From assembly GCF_018398935.1 (NCBI RefSeq), contig NZ_CP074694.1:6300001-6332000 (forward strand): 32,000 nucleotides of DNA. The letters are read 5' to 3'. Below are positions 1 through 10,299 of the stretch, piece by piece. Position numbers and translations under genes: made by a program. Positions within the stretch are counted from its first letter, which is position 1. Every line of letters begins with the position of its first letter. The notes below the pieces were generated by a model that was not told where the DNA came from, did not search any database, and saw only the letters and a program-made list of their open reading frames with translations. The stretch is from Telmatocola sphagniphila (GTDB lineage Bacteria; Planctomycetota; Planctomycetia; Gemmatales; Gemmataceae).

Positions 1-376
1 TCTTCTCCATCGAGGCTTTGATCGGATTCATGAGGGTCGGGTTCATCGATACGCGAAGCACTTCGCCCATCAATCCGTTCAACGCCTCCTTCAAATCCTT
101 CTCGTATTTTGCCTGGAGGGCTTTATCCTCCTCCGGGGAAGGTTTCGCCATTGCTTTCATCTGATCCTGTAATTTGTTGACATCCGCAACGATACTGTCG
201 ATGCGGGAAACGGCCGCTTGCGAAGATTTTTCATCGGTGATGTTATGGAGAGCGGCAGTCAATTCTTTCATTTTCGCAATCGAATCTTTCATGAGAGATT
301 CGTGGGTCGGCTTGGAGCAGCCTGACGACACCAAGAGAAAAAAAGAGGCCGTGAGGCAGATCGAGAATCGAAGCAT
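1..376 (-). CDS. Putative lipoprotein; the N-terminal 125 codons are in the window and the 3' end runs off the left edge
   Basis: Absent from the ORF track because no stop lies in the window. The minus-strand frame is open from ATG (376..374) to position 1. Translation starts MLRFSICLTASFFLLVSSGCSKPTHESLMKDSIAKMKELTAALHNITDEK. It has a hydrophobic signal followed by a lipobox-like LVSS-GC. A GAAAGGA Shine-Dalgarno-like motif lies about 8 nt upstream. Confidence 0.55.
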   Translation of the reverse strand, partial: MLRFSICLTASFFLLVSSGCSKPTHESLMKDSIAKMKELTAALHNITDEKSSQAAVSRIDSIVADVNKLQDQMKAMAKPSPEEDKALQAKYEKDLKEALNGLMGEVLRVSMNPTLMNPIKASMEK

Positions 377-416
377 TGCAAAAATCCTTTCGGCCGCCCG
401 CAGACGACAAGTCGAA

Positions 417-641
417 CTAATGGTTATCCCTGGCGCAGAGAGTAACCGTTAGTCCCACCGGCGTCAAATTGAAAGGAGAATAAAACAGAACAATTCTCCG
501 ATTGCGACCTGTGACTTCTTCCATTCCTTCTCCCTGTTCTTCCAGCCAATCCGCTTAGATCAGTCTGAGCGCATCGTTAAACGGATCTTCGCAAATCTTG
601 CGAATGAATGCTGCACGCTCGGTATTCCGGAAATCACTCAT
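417..641 (-). pseudogene. Small TIGR02996-like (Gemmata-type repeat-companion N-terminal domain) ORF interrupted by one in-frame TAA
   Basis: Minus-strand ATG at 641..639 reads MSDFRNTERAAFIRKICEDPFNDALRLI, then TAA (557..555), then ADWLEEQGEGMEEVTGRNRRIVLFYSPFNLTPVGLTVTLCARDNH, then TAG (419..417), all in one frame. Across the stop, the sequence matches the remembered domain consensus (AFL.AI..DPDDD.PRLVYADWLEE.GD). The TAA sits where the conserved Tyr (TAY) is expected. Confidence 0.45.
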
Positions 642-689
642 AAGTAACATCTTATTTGATCGCCAATCCCTGGTGAAGCTAGAGTCTCC

Positions 690-1406
690 TCAACTCCCCT
701 TCAACTTCAAATAATAACCCCTGCGTTCCGGGCTCATTCGCTCGATCGCATATCTCAGCATCGTTCGCGGCATGATCCGGGCGTGCGCATCGAGAAAGCC
801 CTCCAGACTAGCGAGATCCCGCTTCCCCACCTCGCGCAGCATCCAGCCGGTCGCCTTGTGAATCAGGTCTTCCCGATCTTTTAACAGTACTTCGCAGATT
901 TTCAGAGTATCCGCACAGTCTTTCTTGCGAATCCAGGTGAATGTCGCCAGCACGGCGATCCGCCGTTCCCAGAGAATTTCAGATTGGGCCAATCTATGTA
1001 CCGGCTTGCGGTTCTTATCCAACAAGTAGTAACCGACCACACCTGGAGCCGAGCAATCGACCAGACCCCAACTGTTGATGCGGTGCGTGTTGGCCAGATA
1101 GAGTTCGTAGATTACTTTCTGAACTGAATCCGGGGCTTTCGGCATTTGAGTGACCCAGATGAGTACCGCCGTTAACCGGTCTTCATTAAAAGGAGATTGC
1201 AGCAATTTTACCACTTCGGGAATGCTCAATTCCCGGTGCTCTTTTACCGTCGCGTGGATCTGGGCCGCTCGAAGTCCCAGAAATCGATCTCCTTCGCCGT
1301 ATTCTCCTTTCCCTGTTTTGAAGTAACGTTGGGCACCCTCCGCCAGAACGGGGTCGGCCAGCTCCCGCAAGCGGGCTTGCACAATTTTCGATGTGAGAGT
1401 TTGCAT
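690..1406 (-). CDS. DNA alkylation repair protein (AlkD-like HEAT-repeat glycosylase family, PF08713-type)
   Basis: 238-aa ORF with an ATG start. Diagnostic family stretches are YFKTGKGEYGEGDRFLGLR, NSWGLVDCSAP, LWERRIAVLATF, KATGWMLREVGK and MPRTMLRYAIE. Confidence 0.8.
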   Translation of the reverse strand: MQTLTSKIVQARLRELADPVLAEGAQRYFKTGKGEYGEGDRFLGLRAAQIHATVKEHRELSIPEVVKLLQSPFNEDRLTAVLIWVTQMPKAPDSVQKVIYELYLANTHRINSWGLVDCSAPGVVGYYLLDKNRKPVHRLAQSEILWERRIAVLATFTWIRKKDCADTLKICEVLLKDREDLIHKATGWMLREVGKRDLASLEGFLDAHARIMPRTMLRYAIERMSPERRGYYLKLKGS

Positions 1407-1524
1407 GGGAAGGCTTCAGAATATTGCGATTGGGATTTAACAGTAAGTATACTATCCGGACGACTACATTCGGTGAACCTACCGGTCTCCGGACCATTTT
1501 TTACCTCTTCGCAAAGGGATACGC

Positions 1525-2256
1525 ATGTTTCGGCTCTTCCTCCTCACGCTCGGTTTAATCCTCGGCCTCCAAGCCTCCCCGGTTTCGGCGCAGTACGGCG
1601 ATCTCGGGGATTTGAAAATCCTCAAGACCGAAGACAAGAAGAATGTGGAAAGCACGCCTCCTCCCCAGAATGCCACGGTTTTATTCGATGGCAAGAGCCT
1701 GGATAAGTGGTTGAATCAGGATGGTAAAAAACCGGCCCAATGGAAACTGGTCGACGGCGGGGCCATGCAGGTTCTTTCGGGCGGCAACATCATCACCAAG
1801 GAAAAATTCGGCGGACATTTCAAACTGCACGTCGAATTCCGCGTTCCGTACGAACCGAAAAATAAAGGGCAGGGGCGCGGCAACAGCGGCGTTTACGTTC
1901 AAGGCCGATACGAAGTGCAAGTTCTGGACAGCTATGCTCTCGAGAGCAAAAAGAACGATTGCGGAGCAATTTACGAAGTGGCCGCACCCAAGGTGAATGC
2001 CTGCAAAGCTCCCAGTATCTGGCAGAGCTACGACATTGAATTCTGGGCACCGGTTTTCAAGGATGGCAAGAAAGTGGAACCGGCCAAGATCACCGTGTAT
2101 CAGAACGGCGTTCTCATCCATGAAGGCCAGACGATCCCGGTGGACAACACTACCGCCGGTCTGGGGGGCGATCCTTCCAAGCCGGGTCCCATTATGCTGC
2201 AGGACCACGGCAATCCCGTGCAGTTTCGCAATATCTGGATCGTGAAACTGGACTAA
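1525..2256 (+). CDS. Secreted DUF1080 (3-keto-disaccharide hydrolase domain) protein
   Basis: 243 aa with an N-terminal signal peptide ([23 protein letters not shown]). It has the typical DUF1080 C-terminal motif ([22 protein letters not shown]) and an internal [24 protein letters not shown] lies upstream of the ATG. Confidence 0.85.
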   Translation: MFRLFLLTLGLILGLQASPVSAQYGDLGDLKILKTEDKKNVESTPPPQNATVLFDGKSLDKWLNQDGKKPAQWKLVDGGAMQVLSGGNIITKEKFGGHFKLHVEFRVPYEPKNKGQGRGNSGVYVQGRYEVQVLDSYALESKKNDCGAIYEVAAPKVNACKAPSIWQSYDIEFWAPVFKDGKKVEPAKITVYQNGVLIHEGQTIPVDNTTAGLGGDPSKPGPIMLQDHGNPVQFRNIWIVKLD

Positions 2257-4211
2257 CGCTTCGTCAGCGCTTTTTCGATCGCCTGGTAGTCGTAAACGCA
2301 GCCGCCCCAGACACCACCGCTGGCATTCTGCAATAGAGCCCAGAGTTTGGTGTCGTCGGGCAGGTCAGGGTCAGCTTGTAAGTCGGACCGCATGGGCCGG
2401 GATGCAAGAGTTTTCGTTCCCCACTCCGCCCCAAAGTTGCCGGTCGCATCACCAATGAGATCGACCTTCCCCTCCAGCGTGGTGCGATTAATCTCAATCT
2501 GCACAATATCGCCGTCCCGCACTTTGCCAATGGGGCCACCCGCCAGAGCTTCCGGCGAAACGTGCCCGATACAGGCCCCGGTGGAAACGCCACTGAATCG
2601 TGCATCGGTCAGCACGGCCACATGCTTGCCCCAACTGATATGCTTGAGTGCACTGGTGACCTGATAGGTTTCCTCCATGCCGCTGCCCATCGGCCCGCGT
2701 GCACAAAGAATCAGCACATCCCCCTTCTCGATCTTGCGGGTACCTTGCCCCTTGATCGCGGCCACGGCATCCTTCTCCCGAATGAACACCTTGGCCGGTC
2801 CGACATGGCGATAGACGCCATCGGTACCGACCACGGAAGCATCAATGGAAGTGGATTTGATGACCGAACCGTCCGGGCAGAGATTGCCGCGCGGAAAAGT
2901 CAGCGAGGATGTGAAGCCCCGCTCCCGGGCTTTGGTGAAGCTCATGATCACGTTGTCGGGGTCTACGCCGTCCTGAGTGACCAGAAGATCTTTCAGTCGC
3001 TTTCGGCGTTCGGATTGCGCCCACCAATCGAGCACCTTGTCGAGTGGTTCGCCACTGGCGGTCAGACAGTTCAGGTCGAGTAAATTCGCATCCCGAAGGT
3101 GCAACATCACTTCCGGCACACCCCCGGCCAGAAATACCTGAATGGTCGGATGGCCGACGGGGCCGTTGGGTAGGGCATCGACAATCCGGGGAATTCGCCG
3201 ATTGATTTCCTGCCAATCTTCGAGTCGCGGCCGGGGCACACCGGCGGCAAATGCCACGGCCGGAACGTGCAAAAGCAAATTCGTGGAACCGCCGAAGGCC
3301 GCGTGTACCGTAATGGCGTTTCGGAAGGCCGCTTCGGTCAGAATGCGGCTGGTTGGAATTTTCTGGTGCGACAAATGGGCAAGCGCCCGAGCCGAACGGC
3401 GGGCCATATCCAGCCATATCAATTGGCCGGAGGGGGAAAGGGCCGAATGCGGCATGGACATCCCCAAGGCTTCGCCGACAACCTGTGAAGTCGCGGCCGT
3501 GCCCAAAAACTGACAGCCGCCGCCTGGTGAACCGCAGGTATGGCAGCCCTCCTCCGCCGCTTTTTCGAGGCTCAGTTCGCCGGCCGCGTAGCGTGCCCCA
3601 ATCGTTTGGACCTTCCCCGTATCCTCGTGGCCCTTTGTGGCCAGCATGACGCCGCCGGGCACCAGGACGGTGGGAATATGGTGCATCCCGGCCAGGGCCA
3701 TCATCATGGCGGGAAGGCCTTTATCGCAAGTCGCGACCCCCAGCACGCCGGAGCGATTGGGGAGCGAGCGCATCAAACGTCGTAGGACCATGGCCGCATC
3801 ATTGCGGAACGGCAGGCTATCGAACATGCCGATAGTGCCTTGCGTCCGGCCGTCACAGGGATCGGTTACCGCGCCTGCAAAGGGAATGAAGCCGAGTCGC
3901 TTGAATTCTTCCGCAGCCGCCTGCACTTGTAAACCGACTTCCCAGTGCCCGCTGTGATATCCCAAAGCGATCGGCTGGCCCTCCGGACCGCGTAAGCCGC
4001 CATGTGTCGAAAGGATCAGGAATTCCTTGCGACCCAGTTCAGCCGGTTGCCAGCCCATGCCGACATTCTGCGACCAGCCGAAGAGATCTCCGGAAGGTGC
4101 ATGCCGCAATAGCTCATCGGTCAGCGGCAGTTTCCCTTCCGGTCCGCGCGTGAAAGTCGCCAGCCGGTAAAGGTCGGGATCGTTATTTTCAACGAGTGCG
4201 AGAAATGACAT
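2253..4211 (-). CDS. yjhG: YjhG/YagF-family D-xylonate (sugar-acid) dehydratase, IlvD/Edd superfamily
   Basis: 652 aa, colinear along its whole length with E. coli YjhG as I remember it. Shared stretches include [86 protein letters not shown] and [28 protein letters not shown]. Confidence 0.85.
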   Translation of the reverse strand: MSFLALVENNDPDLYRLATFTRGPEGKLPLTDELLRHAPSGDLFGWSQNVGMGWQPAELGRKEFLILSTHGGLRGPEGQPIALGYHSGHWEVGLQVQAAAEEFKRLGFIPFAGAVTDPCDGRTQGTIGMFDSLPFRNDAAMVLRRLMRSLPNRSGVLGVATCDKGLPAMMMALAGMHHIPTVLVPGGVMLATKGHEDTGKVQTIGARYAAGELSLEKAAEEGCHTCGSPGGGCQFLGTAATSQVVGEALGMSMPHSALSPSGQLIWLDMARRSARALAHLSHQKIPTSRILTEAAFRNAITVHAAFGGSTNLLLHVPAVAFAAGVPRPRLEDWQEINRRIPRIVDALPNGPVGHPTIQVFLAGGVPEVMLHLRDANLLDLNCLTASGEPLDKVLDWWAQSERRKRLKDLLVTQDGVDPDNVIMSFTKARERGFTSSLTFPRGNLCPDGSVIKSTSIDASVVGTDGVYRHVGPAKVFIREKDAVAAIKGQGTRKIEKGDVLILCARGPMGSGMEETYQVTSALKHISWGKHVAVLTDARFSGVSTGACIGHVSPEALAGGPIGKVRDGDIVQIEINRTTLEGKVDLIGDATGNFGAEWGTKTLASRPMRSDLQADPDLPDDTKLWALLQNASGGVWGGCVYDYQAIEKALTKR

Positions 4212-4220
4212 GCCGTCTCT

Positions 4221-4526
4221 TTATACCAGGGAATCAAAAACGCGGACTTTCGCCCAGTTGTGCTTCTGCTCTTCGATGAATTTGATGTGAGTCGGATCGT
4301 CTTGGTAGGAATCGTGGGAAGCCTTGTCTTTGAAAATGAGGTGCAGGCCGACGTCCCAATCGAGATCGTTCACGTCGCGATTGAGTTCCTTGCAGACTTT
4401 ACCGGCGGCAAAAAAGACGATGCCGGGTTGAACGTTGAGATATTTTTTGCAGGCCGCCACCAATTCATCGACGCGGGCGGGCGATTGATCCTTGAGTTTG
4501 AAAAAGACATTGTGCGCCAGTTGCAT
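4221..4526 (-). CDS. Dabb (stress-responsive alpha/beta-barrel) domain protein
   Basis: The internal ATG (4526..4524) gives MQLAHNVFFKLKD...VGLHLIFKDKASHDSYQDDPTHIKFIEE, a typical Dabb layout. The longer track ORF (to 4655) would overlap the upstream gene, which ends at 4561. It lies 9 nt upstream of the dehydratase start on the same strand, so the two are probably co-transcribed. Confidence 0.7.
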   Translation of the reverse strand: MQLAHNVFFKLKDQSPARVDELVAACKKYLNVQPGIVFFAAGKVCKELNRDVNDLDWDVGLHLIFKDKASHDSYQDDPTHIKFIEEQKHNWAKVRVFDSLV

Positions 4527-4560
4527 GGTCAACCTTTCTATGGAGGTGAGAGACGGATCT

Positions 4561-4932
4561 TCAAACGGCTTCCCAGGAGAAGCGGGTCGCGGCAATATAG
4601 GCTTCGCTGTTGCGAAAATCGATGATTTTTGGGGGGCCATCCTCGGCAAACGCATCGAGGTTGAAGTAAAACACGCCGTCGAAATAGCCGAGGCGGACTT
4701 CCGTGAGTGCCTGTCGATCTACAAACGGACGGCGTTGAAACCGGTATTCCAACACTTCATCCAGCGCCAGTTTCAAACGGCATTTATCGCCCTGGGGGGT
4801 CTTGACCCGCAGGAGTAATAAGCCCTGGCTGCTGTTTTTTCGATTGAGGAGCTTCAGTGCCAGCAGTCGGCCGCCGCGGAAATTGAACCGTTTCATGAAC
4901 TGAACGATATGTCCGGGTTGTAGACTTTCCAT
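4561..4932 (-). CDS. Hypothetical protein
   Basis: The track ORF starts at a TTG (5004), only 17 nt from the divergent gene at 5021. The first ATG (4932) gives MESLQPGHIVQFMKRFNFRGGRLLALKL... I recognise no family. It has backbone-like codon usage and sits 34 nt upstream of the Dabb gene. Confidence 0.45.
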   Translation of the reverse strand: MESLQPGHIVQFMKRFNFRGGRLLALKLLNRKNSSQGLLLLRVKTPQGDKCRLKLALDEVLEYRFQRRPFVDRQALTEVRLGYFDGVFYFNLDAFAEDGPPKIIDFRNSEAYIAATRFSWEAV

Positions 4933-5020
4933 GACTTGTTTTCCATTCGCCACGTAACAGATATCATCATATGAGTCGGGAAGCCAAGATTCACAGGACT
5001 CCAAAGGCGGGATTCATCGC

Positions 5021-6259
5021 ATGCGTTTGATTTTAACCATTTGCCTGGCGTTAATCGCACAGAAAGTGAATGCCGAAGACTGGGCCGAGTTTCGCGGCCC
5101 GCAAGGCAAAGGCATTTATGCCGGTAAGTTGCCCACCGAGTGGGGCCCAAACACTAATGTGACTTGGAAAACCGAAATTCCCGGCCACGGCTGGTCGAGC
5201 CCGATCCTCTGGAAGGGCAAACTCTACCTGACCACGGCCACCGAGGGTGAGAAAAAAGATACCTATGCTCTGGAAGCCCTTTGCGTCGATGCCGCTACGG
5301 GCAATGTGGACTGGCGGAAAAAGGTCATCGATGACGATGGTTCTCTCAACGATCAAATCCACAAAAAGAATAGCCGGGCCAGCCCGACGCCGATCACCGA
5401 TGGTGAGAAAATTTACGTTCACTTCGGACCTTGGGGGACCGCCGCGCTGAATATGGACGGCAGCGTCTACTGGAAACAGACCGACCTGAAATTCAAGCCG
5501 CAGCATGGCAACGGCGGTTCGCCGATCCTCGTCGATAATCTCCTCGTTTTCACCTGCGATGGTACCGATCAGCAGTATCTGGCCGCCCTCGATAAAAAAA
5601 CGGGACAAGTGGCCTGGAAGACGCCGCGCAGCATCAAAGCTTCGCTCGGATTTTCCTTTAGCACGCCCGAATTGATCGATGTGAATGGCAAAAAGCAGAT
5701 TATTGCCCCGGGTAGTAATATCGCCGCCGGTTACGACCCGGCCACGGGAAAAGAACTCTGGCACGTCAAGTATGTCGGCTGGTCGCTTTGCCAACGGCCG
5801 ACCTATGCTCATGGATTGGTGTTCGTTTCCACCGGCTTCATGAGCCCTCAATTGTTTGCCATCAAACCGACCGGCAACGGGGATGTCACCGAGACGAACA
5901 TTGCCTGGAAGTCGAAGAAGCAAGTTTCCAACACGCCATCCTTCCTCGCCGTCGGGGATGAACTCTATTCGGTATCCGATAAGGGCTATCTCACCTGCTA
6001 CGATGCGAAGACCGGTCAGGAGCACTACAGTGAACGGATTCCCGGGCAGTACTCGGCCTCACCACTCTATGCCGATGGGAAGATTTACCTGACCAGCGAA
6101 GAAGGGATTGGTCTGCTCGTACCGGCCGGAAAAGAGTTCAAGATCCTCTACAAGACCGACATGAAGGAGAAGACTTTCGCCTCTTTCGTGCCCGGCGACG
6201 GGGCTCTGTACATTCGGACGGAAACCAAACTTTACAAGTTTGGACCGAAATCCAATTAA
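5021..6259 (+). CDS. Secreted PQQ-like beta-propeller repeat protein (BamB-like fold family)
   Basis: 412 aa with a signal peptide (MRLILTICLALIAQKVNAEDW). W/G-rich blade motifs recur (GHGWSSPILWKGKLY, GNVDWRK, GQVAWKT, GKELWH, GALYIRT), as is typical of abundant planctomycetal PQQ-like propellers. Confidence 0.8.
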   Translation: MRLILTICLALIAQKVNAEDWAEFRGPQGKGIYAGKLPTEWGPNTNVTWKTEIPGHGWSSPILWKGKLYLTTATEGEKKDTYALEALCVDAATGNVDWRKKVIDDDGSLNDQIHKKNSRASPTPITDGEKIYVHFGPWGTAALNMDGSVYWKQTDLKFKPQHGNGGSPILVDNLLVFTCDGTDQQYLAALDKKTGQVAWKTPRSIKASLGFSFSTPELIDVNGKKQIIAPGSNIAAGYDPATGKELWHVKYVGWSLCQRPTYAHGLVFVSTGFMSPQLFAIKPTGNGDVTETNIAWKSKKQVSNTPSFLAVGDELYSVSDKGYLTCYDAKTGQEHYSERIPGQYSASPLYADGKIYLTSEEGIGLLVPAGKEFKILYKTDMKEKTFASFVPGDGALYIRTETKLYKFGPKSN

Positions 6260-6501
6260 TTGGAGCGCGGGGAGCCCTTTTTTCGGTTTTCCGTCTCGGG
6301 AAATCGGGAAGTAGGAACCGGAGTAAGCCCCAGAACGGAATAAAATTCCGGGCGAATTAGAACATTCGCCTGTGCACCGAAATGTTATTTGCCAGAAGAC
6401 GGGGCTTTTCAGATTCCCTTCCGGGGTGCGCTGTATTCATTGCCTTCTCGACCTACAATTAAGAAGTCGAATTCATCGAAAATAGATAGGACGCGGAACG
6501 A

Positions 6502-9500
6502 ATGCAGAGCACGTTCGGCGATTTGAGTCAAAAGGTTCCCCCCGCTGGGCTGTTAGGGTATTTGAATTTTTCAGATGGACAGCCTAACGGGAAGTTCCAG
6601 CAGCAATTGAACGAAGCTTATCGGTTCCTGGCCGATCATGGGGATGTTACGCCCTGGCACAGTCTGAAAGTCTGGCTCCAGGATCAGGCCGCCACTCTCG
6701 AAGCTACCGGTTCCTCGGCCTTCAAAGATCTCATTCAAGCCCGGGCGGTCATACGATTTGCGTTCGACCGGGTTCTGGTCCACTACAAAGAATTCCATTC
6801 CGATCTACTGGCCAATCAAAAGGACTGTATTCTATTCTCGCCCTTCTTTCTGGTCCGCGTCTGTGAAGCGGTTTTGAATCAGGGCGGTCCCTGGAACGAG
6901 GATAGCCGGATTATCGCGGGGGCCGTGCAGAAGCTCAACGATTTCGTCGGCCATCGTCCCGTGGCCATTCTGGAAACCCGGGCCCAAACCGACTATTACA
7001 AGCATGAAAAAGTCCGGCCAATCCCTCTCTATATCCGGGGCAGCGGCGTCGGAGCCGGGCCTTATTCGAAAATTGTCGAAAAGGCTCTGGAGATTTTGAA
7101 TTCAACCCCGGAAGAGATCCTTCGGGAAGCCTGTTTCAATATTAACCGGCTCGACGAACTGGCGATGGATCCCCGCCCGTACGACCATACTCATCCTTCG
7201 AACCGCCGGCCCAATTACCTTTTTGGCGAGTGGGATCCCCACTGCATCGACGGCTCGGGCTACTACCGCCGGTTTGTCGTGCGGCCCAATATTCTTTCCG
7301 CACTGGCTCAATGGGCGACCGATCCCGGCGAAGATTCGGAAGGACGTCTTTTCGAATCGGCGGCCGTGCTGGCCGGGACTCTGCTGATGGCCTCCGGCAT
7401 CTCCGGGGATGGTCCCTCCTGCCACGATTCGGATAGCAAACTGGCCATTCTGGTGCCTCAGAATGCTCGCTATCGTGACGCCTTTTATGCGCAACTTCTG
7501 GACAAACAAAACGGCACGTTTGCCAAACGGCTTCAGAAGGAAGCCAAGAAGCTTCGTCAGCCTTTCGGCGGTATCCGCCAGCATCTCAATCACACTCTGG
7601 CTCGGGAACGCGCCGGCCAGTTGCAGGATCGGGAACTGGCACTGCTCTTCGCCGATATGGGCTATCCGCGCATCAGCCGGGATTATGCCGCCCGCATTCC
7701 CACGGCCTCGATCCGCATTCTCAGCGAAATCCGCATCCGTCAGACCGGTCTCGAATTTCAGATTCGCAATGGCCGTACCGCCGGGGCGCACCTGCTGATT
7801 TCCGAAATCGAGGATTTCATTCATCGCGGCATCGACTGCGGCGCCTTGCCCGATCCCTGGAATATTCTCGGTTTCCAAGGCTTATTCCCGCTTTTCCAGG
7901 CCCGTGAAGATTCGGTCTTCGATACCCGCCACGAAGAATTGATCGATGTCGTTCAACGTCAGTTGGCGATCTATTCTTCCGCTTTGGCCGTCACGGCGGC
8001 CAACGGCGATACCAGCCTGCAGTCGATGCTCGGTCGGGGCATCAAGAAATTTGCCGCCTGGTGGGATCAGTTCGCGGCCTACGAAGTGAGTGATCTGCCC
8101 GCGGTTAAGGGAGGCGACCGCTCGGAGGCCGCTTTACACGTCGCTTCCGCACTGGCTCTCTGGGCCGAGGAACGCCGGCAAACCGACAAGTTCGATCTAC
8201 CCAAGAAAACCCAAAATGCCCTCCGATTCTGGCGAAATCAGCGCGAACGGTTCAAATCGGCACCCGCCTACGTTCAGGTCATCGATGCCTTGATTCAGCA
8301 GCAGGACTGGTGGGCGTCCATGGGTCTGATGATGGCCTGGCTGAACGAAGCCGAAACGATGCCGCTAACCGACGGCGAACCCGACTTCTTCGAACTGGGC
8401 CACCGCTGGATGGCGGGTGTCTTGCGCATTAACGACGATGCCGCCCGCCGCTCCTTGATCGAACGCTTCTTCGAGATGCTCGAAGCCAATGCCGGCGATT
8501 ACTGGAATGTGCCTGATCTCGTCGTCTCTTCGACCCCTGTCGATAAAGAGGAGACTTACTCCTCGGCCTACGACGATGTCAGCTATAAAGATTCCACATC
8601 GGATGAAGACGACGGCGGAATTATCGGCGGCGGTGAGGACGATGACATCAGCCTGGAAACCTATCAGGTTCTCTTCGAAAGAAGGCTCGGCTTCCTGAAG
8701 ATGATGGGGGAACTCATCTGCAAAGCCATCCCCTATCACCACTGCAAGGATTGGCTCGACACGGCCTGGTACTGGCGCAAGAAACTCGAAGAATTGCTGG
8801 ATATTCTGCATGAAATTATGATCTCGCCCCCCAGCGGCGGAGTCGAAGACGTCATCGAGTACGATCGCAAAAAGGCGGAGAAAGACCAGCTGATCGAAAT
8901 GGCCATCGATACGACGGTGGCCGTGGGCGCGGGGGTGCAATTGCTGGCCGCCGCCGATCTGCCGGAAGATCCGCTCTCAACCTGTCTGGTGAGCAATGAC
9001 CCCCAGAAAATTCGGGCAGCTCTGCCAGGTCTGTTGGAAAAGCTCTCTGGCGAACCGCTGCTGTTTATCCCGCTGGTCGAAGGCGGCCATCCGAAACAGG
9101 TGCTCCGGGCCAAGCTGAATCTGCACCTGCTGGAAACTCTGCTTGATCGCATCCCCCGTTTTGGCCTGGTACGCGAAACCTTCCACCTGGTGCAGGTGGC
9201 CCGCTCCATGGAGCAGAACAGCCCGCCGGAAGGCCGCAAAATTTCCGAATTCGACCGGCTGTTTCGCATGGCCTTACGGGCAGTTTCGGAAACGCTGCTC
9301 GACGTCGCCGCCGAATCGGAAAAAGAATCGAAACTCTCCAATGTTCGCAATGTCAGTCAGCTACTGCGCAAAGTGGCCGATTCCTTCTTGCAGCTTTGGA
9401 TTTCGCATTCCCAGACGCTACGACTCTCGGCCATCGAGGGAGTGGAAGACTGGGTCGCTTTACGGTCCTTCATCAAGACCTACGGTCGGGAACTCTTCAC

Positions 9501-10299
9501 TCCCGCCTTCATGAACCACGGCAACCTGCGCGGCATCCTTCAACGGGGCGTCGAAAACTGGCTCGAATCGCTGGCCGAGAATGCCACGGAAAATCCGCCG
9601 GAAAAACTGCTGACCGATCTGGAACAAGGGGTGATTTCACGGCGTCGGGCCGGCCAGCATCTGGAGGTGGTTTTGCAGGCCGTGACGGAACATTTCGACG
9701 AGTTCCGCGATTACAACACGACGACGACGCAGTCTGATTACGGGGAAAATCTCCATGTTCTCATGGACTTTTTGCGGCTGAAAGTTGCCTACGATCGTTA
9801 TGCCTGGCGGATGCGGCCCCTGGTCATCGCCCATGAAGTGCTATGCCGTCGCGGCCAGGCCGAGTACGCCGAGCAATGGCGGGCGAATATTGAAGATTTC
9901 ACGCGGAAATTGGCCGATAATCTTCTGGAGGATCTGGCCCGGCTGGAAGCAGAGCACGTCATCCGCCTACGGACCATCCGGGATCGCCTGGAAGAACGCT
10001 TCCTGCTGCCGTTGCGACTGGATGAACTCTCGGCCCTGATAGAGCCCTGTATCGAGGAGGCACGTAACGAGTCGGGCTCCAAAGAGAAGATCAACGAGTT
10101 TCTGGAAAAGCTGCATCCGCTGGCAGAACGGCCGACCGGTGTGGGCCTCGAAGCGCCGGATTGGTTGATTGAGTTGCAGAATGAGGTTCGACGCTCCCGC
10201 GAAAGTGCGGCCATCGAACCGCCGCGACCGGAACGCTTCGCTCTGAACTGGAGCGATCTGCAAAGGCAGTTGTCGGAATGGGATAAGCCGATCGATTAA
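6502..10299 (+). CDS. Large (1265 aa) uncharacterised, apparently all-helical cytoplasmic protein
   Basis: One uninterrupted ORF with an ATG start and backbone-like codon usage. I see no signal peptide, TM segment or catalytic motif. An acidic low-complexity linker (SSAYDDVSYKDSTSDEDDGGIIGGGEDDDISLETY) is encoded near 8563-8655. All track ORFs overlapping it are shorter. Confidence 0.75.
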   Translation: MQSTFGDLSQKVPPAGLLGYLNFSDGQPNGKFQQQLNEAYRFLADHGDVTPWHSLKVWLQDQAATLEATGSSAFKDLIQARAVIRFAFDRVLVHYKEFHSDLLANQKDCILFSPFFLVRVCEAVLNQGGPWNEDSRIIAGAVQKLNDFVGHRPVAILETRAQTDYYKHEKVRPIPLYIRGSGVGAGPYSKIVEKALEILNSTPEEILREACFNINRLDELAMDPRPYDHTHPSNRRPNYLFGEWDPHCIDGSGYYRRFVVRPNILSALAQWATDPGEDSEGRLFESAAVLAGTLLMASGISGDGPSCHDSDSKLAILVPQNARYRDAFYAQLLDKQNGTFAKRLQKEAKKLRQPFGGIRQHLNHTLARERAGQLQDRELALLFADMGYPRISRDYAARIPTASIRILSEIRIRQTGLEFQIRNGRTAGAHLLISEIEDFIHRGIDCGALPDPWNILGFQGLFPLFQAREDSVFDTRHEELIDVVQRQLAIYSSALAVTAANGDTSLQSMLGRGIKKFAAWWDQFAAYEVSDLPAVKGGDRSEAALHVASALALWAEERRQTDKFDLPKKTQNALRFWRNQRERFKSAPAYVQVIDALIQQQDWWASMGLMMAWLNEAETMPLTDGEPDFFELGHRWMAGVLRINDDAARRSLIERFFEMLEANAGDYWNVPDLVVSSTPVDKEETYSSAYDDVSYKDSTSDEDDGGIIGGGEDDDISLETYQVLFERRLGFLKMMGELICKAIPYHHCKDWLDTAWYWRKKLEELLDILHEIMISPPSGGVEDVIEYDRKKAEKDQLIEMAIDTTVAVGAGVQLLAAADLPEDPLSTCLVSNDPQKIRAALPGLLEKLSGEPLLFIPLVEGGHPKQVLRAKLNLHLLETLLDRIPRFGLVRETFHLVQVARSMEQNSPPEGRKISEFDRLFRMALRAVSETLLDVAAESEKESKLSNVRNVSQLLRKVADSFLQLWISHSQTLRLSAIEGVEDWVALRSFIKTYGRELFTPAFMNHGNLRGILQRGVENWLESLAENATENPPEKLLTDLEQGVISRRRAGQHLEVVLQAVTEHFDEFRDYNTTTTQSDYGENLHVLMDFLRLKVAYDRYAWRMRPLVIAHEVLCRRGQAEYAEQWRANIEDFTRKLADNLLEDLARLEAEHVIRLRTIRDRLEERFLLPLRLDELSALIEPCIEEARNESGSKEKINEFLEKLHPLAERPTGVGLEAPDWLIELQNEVRRSRESAAIEPPRPERFALNWSDLQRQLSEWDKPID

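Noticed and set aside
174-452. 92-aa plus-strand ORF from the track
   Set aside because: It lies antisense to the better-supported minus-strand lipoprotein gene (1-376), which has a signal peptide, lipobox and RBS. It also overlaps the TIGR02996-like ORF. It has no family resemblance, so it is probably a shadow ORF.
2253-2256. Convergent DUF1080 and dehydratase genes share their stop codons (CTAA: TAA on plus, TAG on minus)
   Set aside because: The overlap is real in the sequence, but 4-nt convergent overlaps are common in compact genomes and have no evident functional implication.
1186-4625. Many 60-190-aa track ORFs overlapping or antisense to the AlkD-like, DUF1080, dehydratase and Dabb genes (for example 1197-1706, 1681-2208, 2562-3083, 2842-3417)
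   Set aside because: They have the R/G/P/A-rich composition typical of off-frame translation of G+C-rich coding DNA. Each is fully contained in a longer ORF with a clear family identity.
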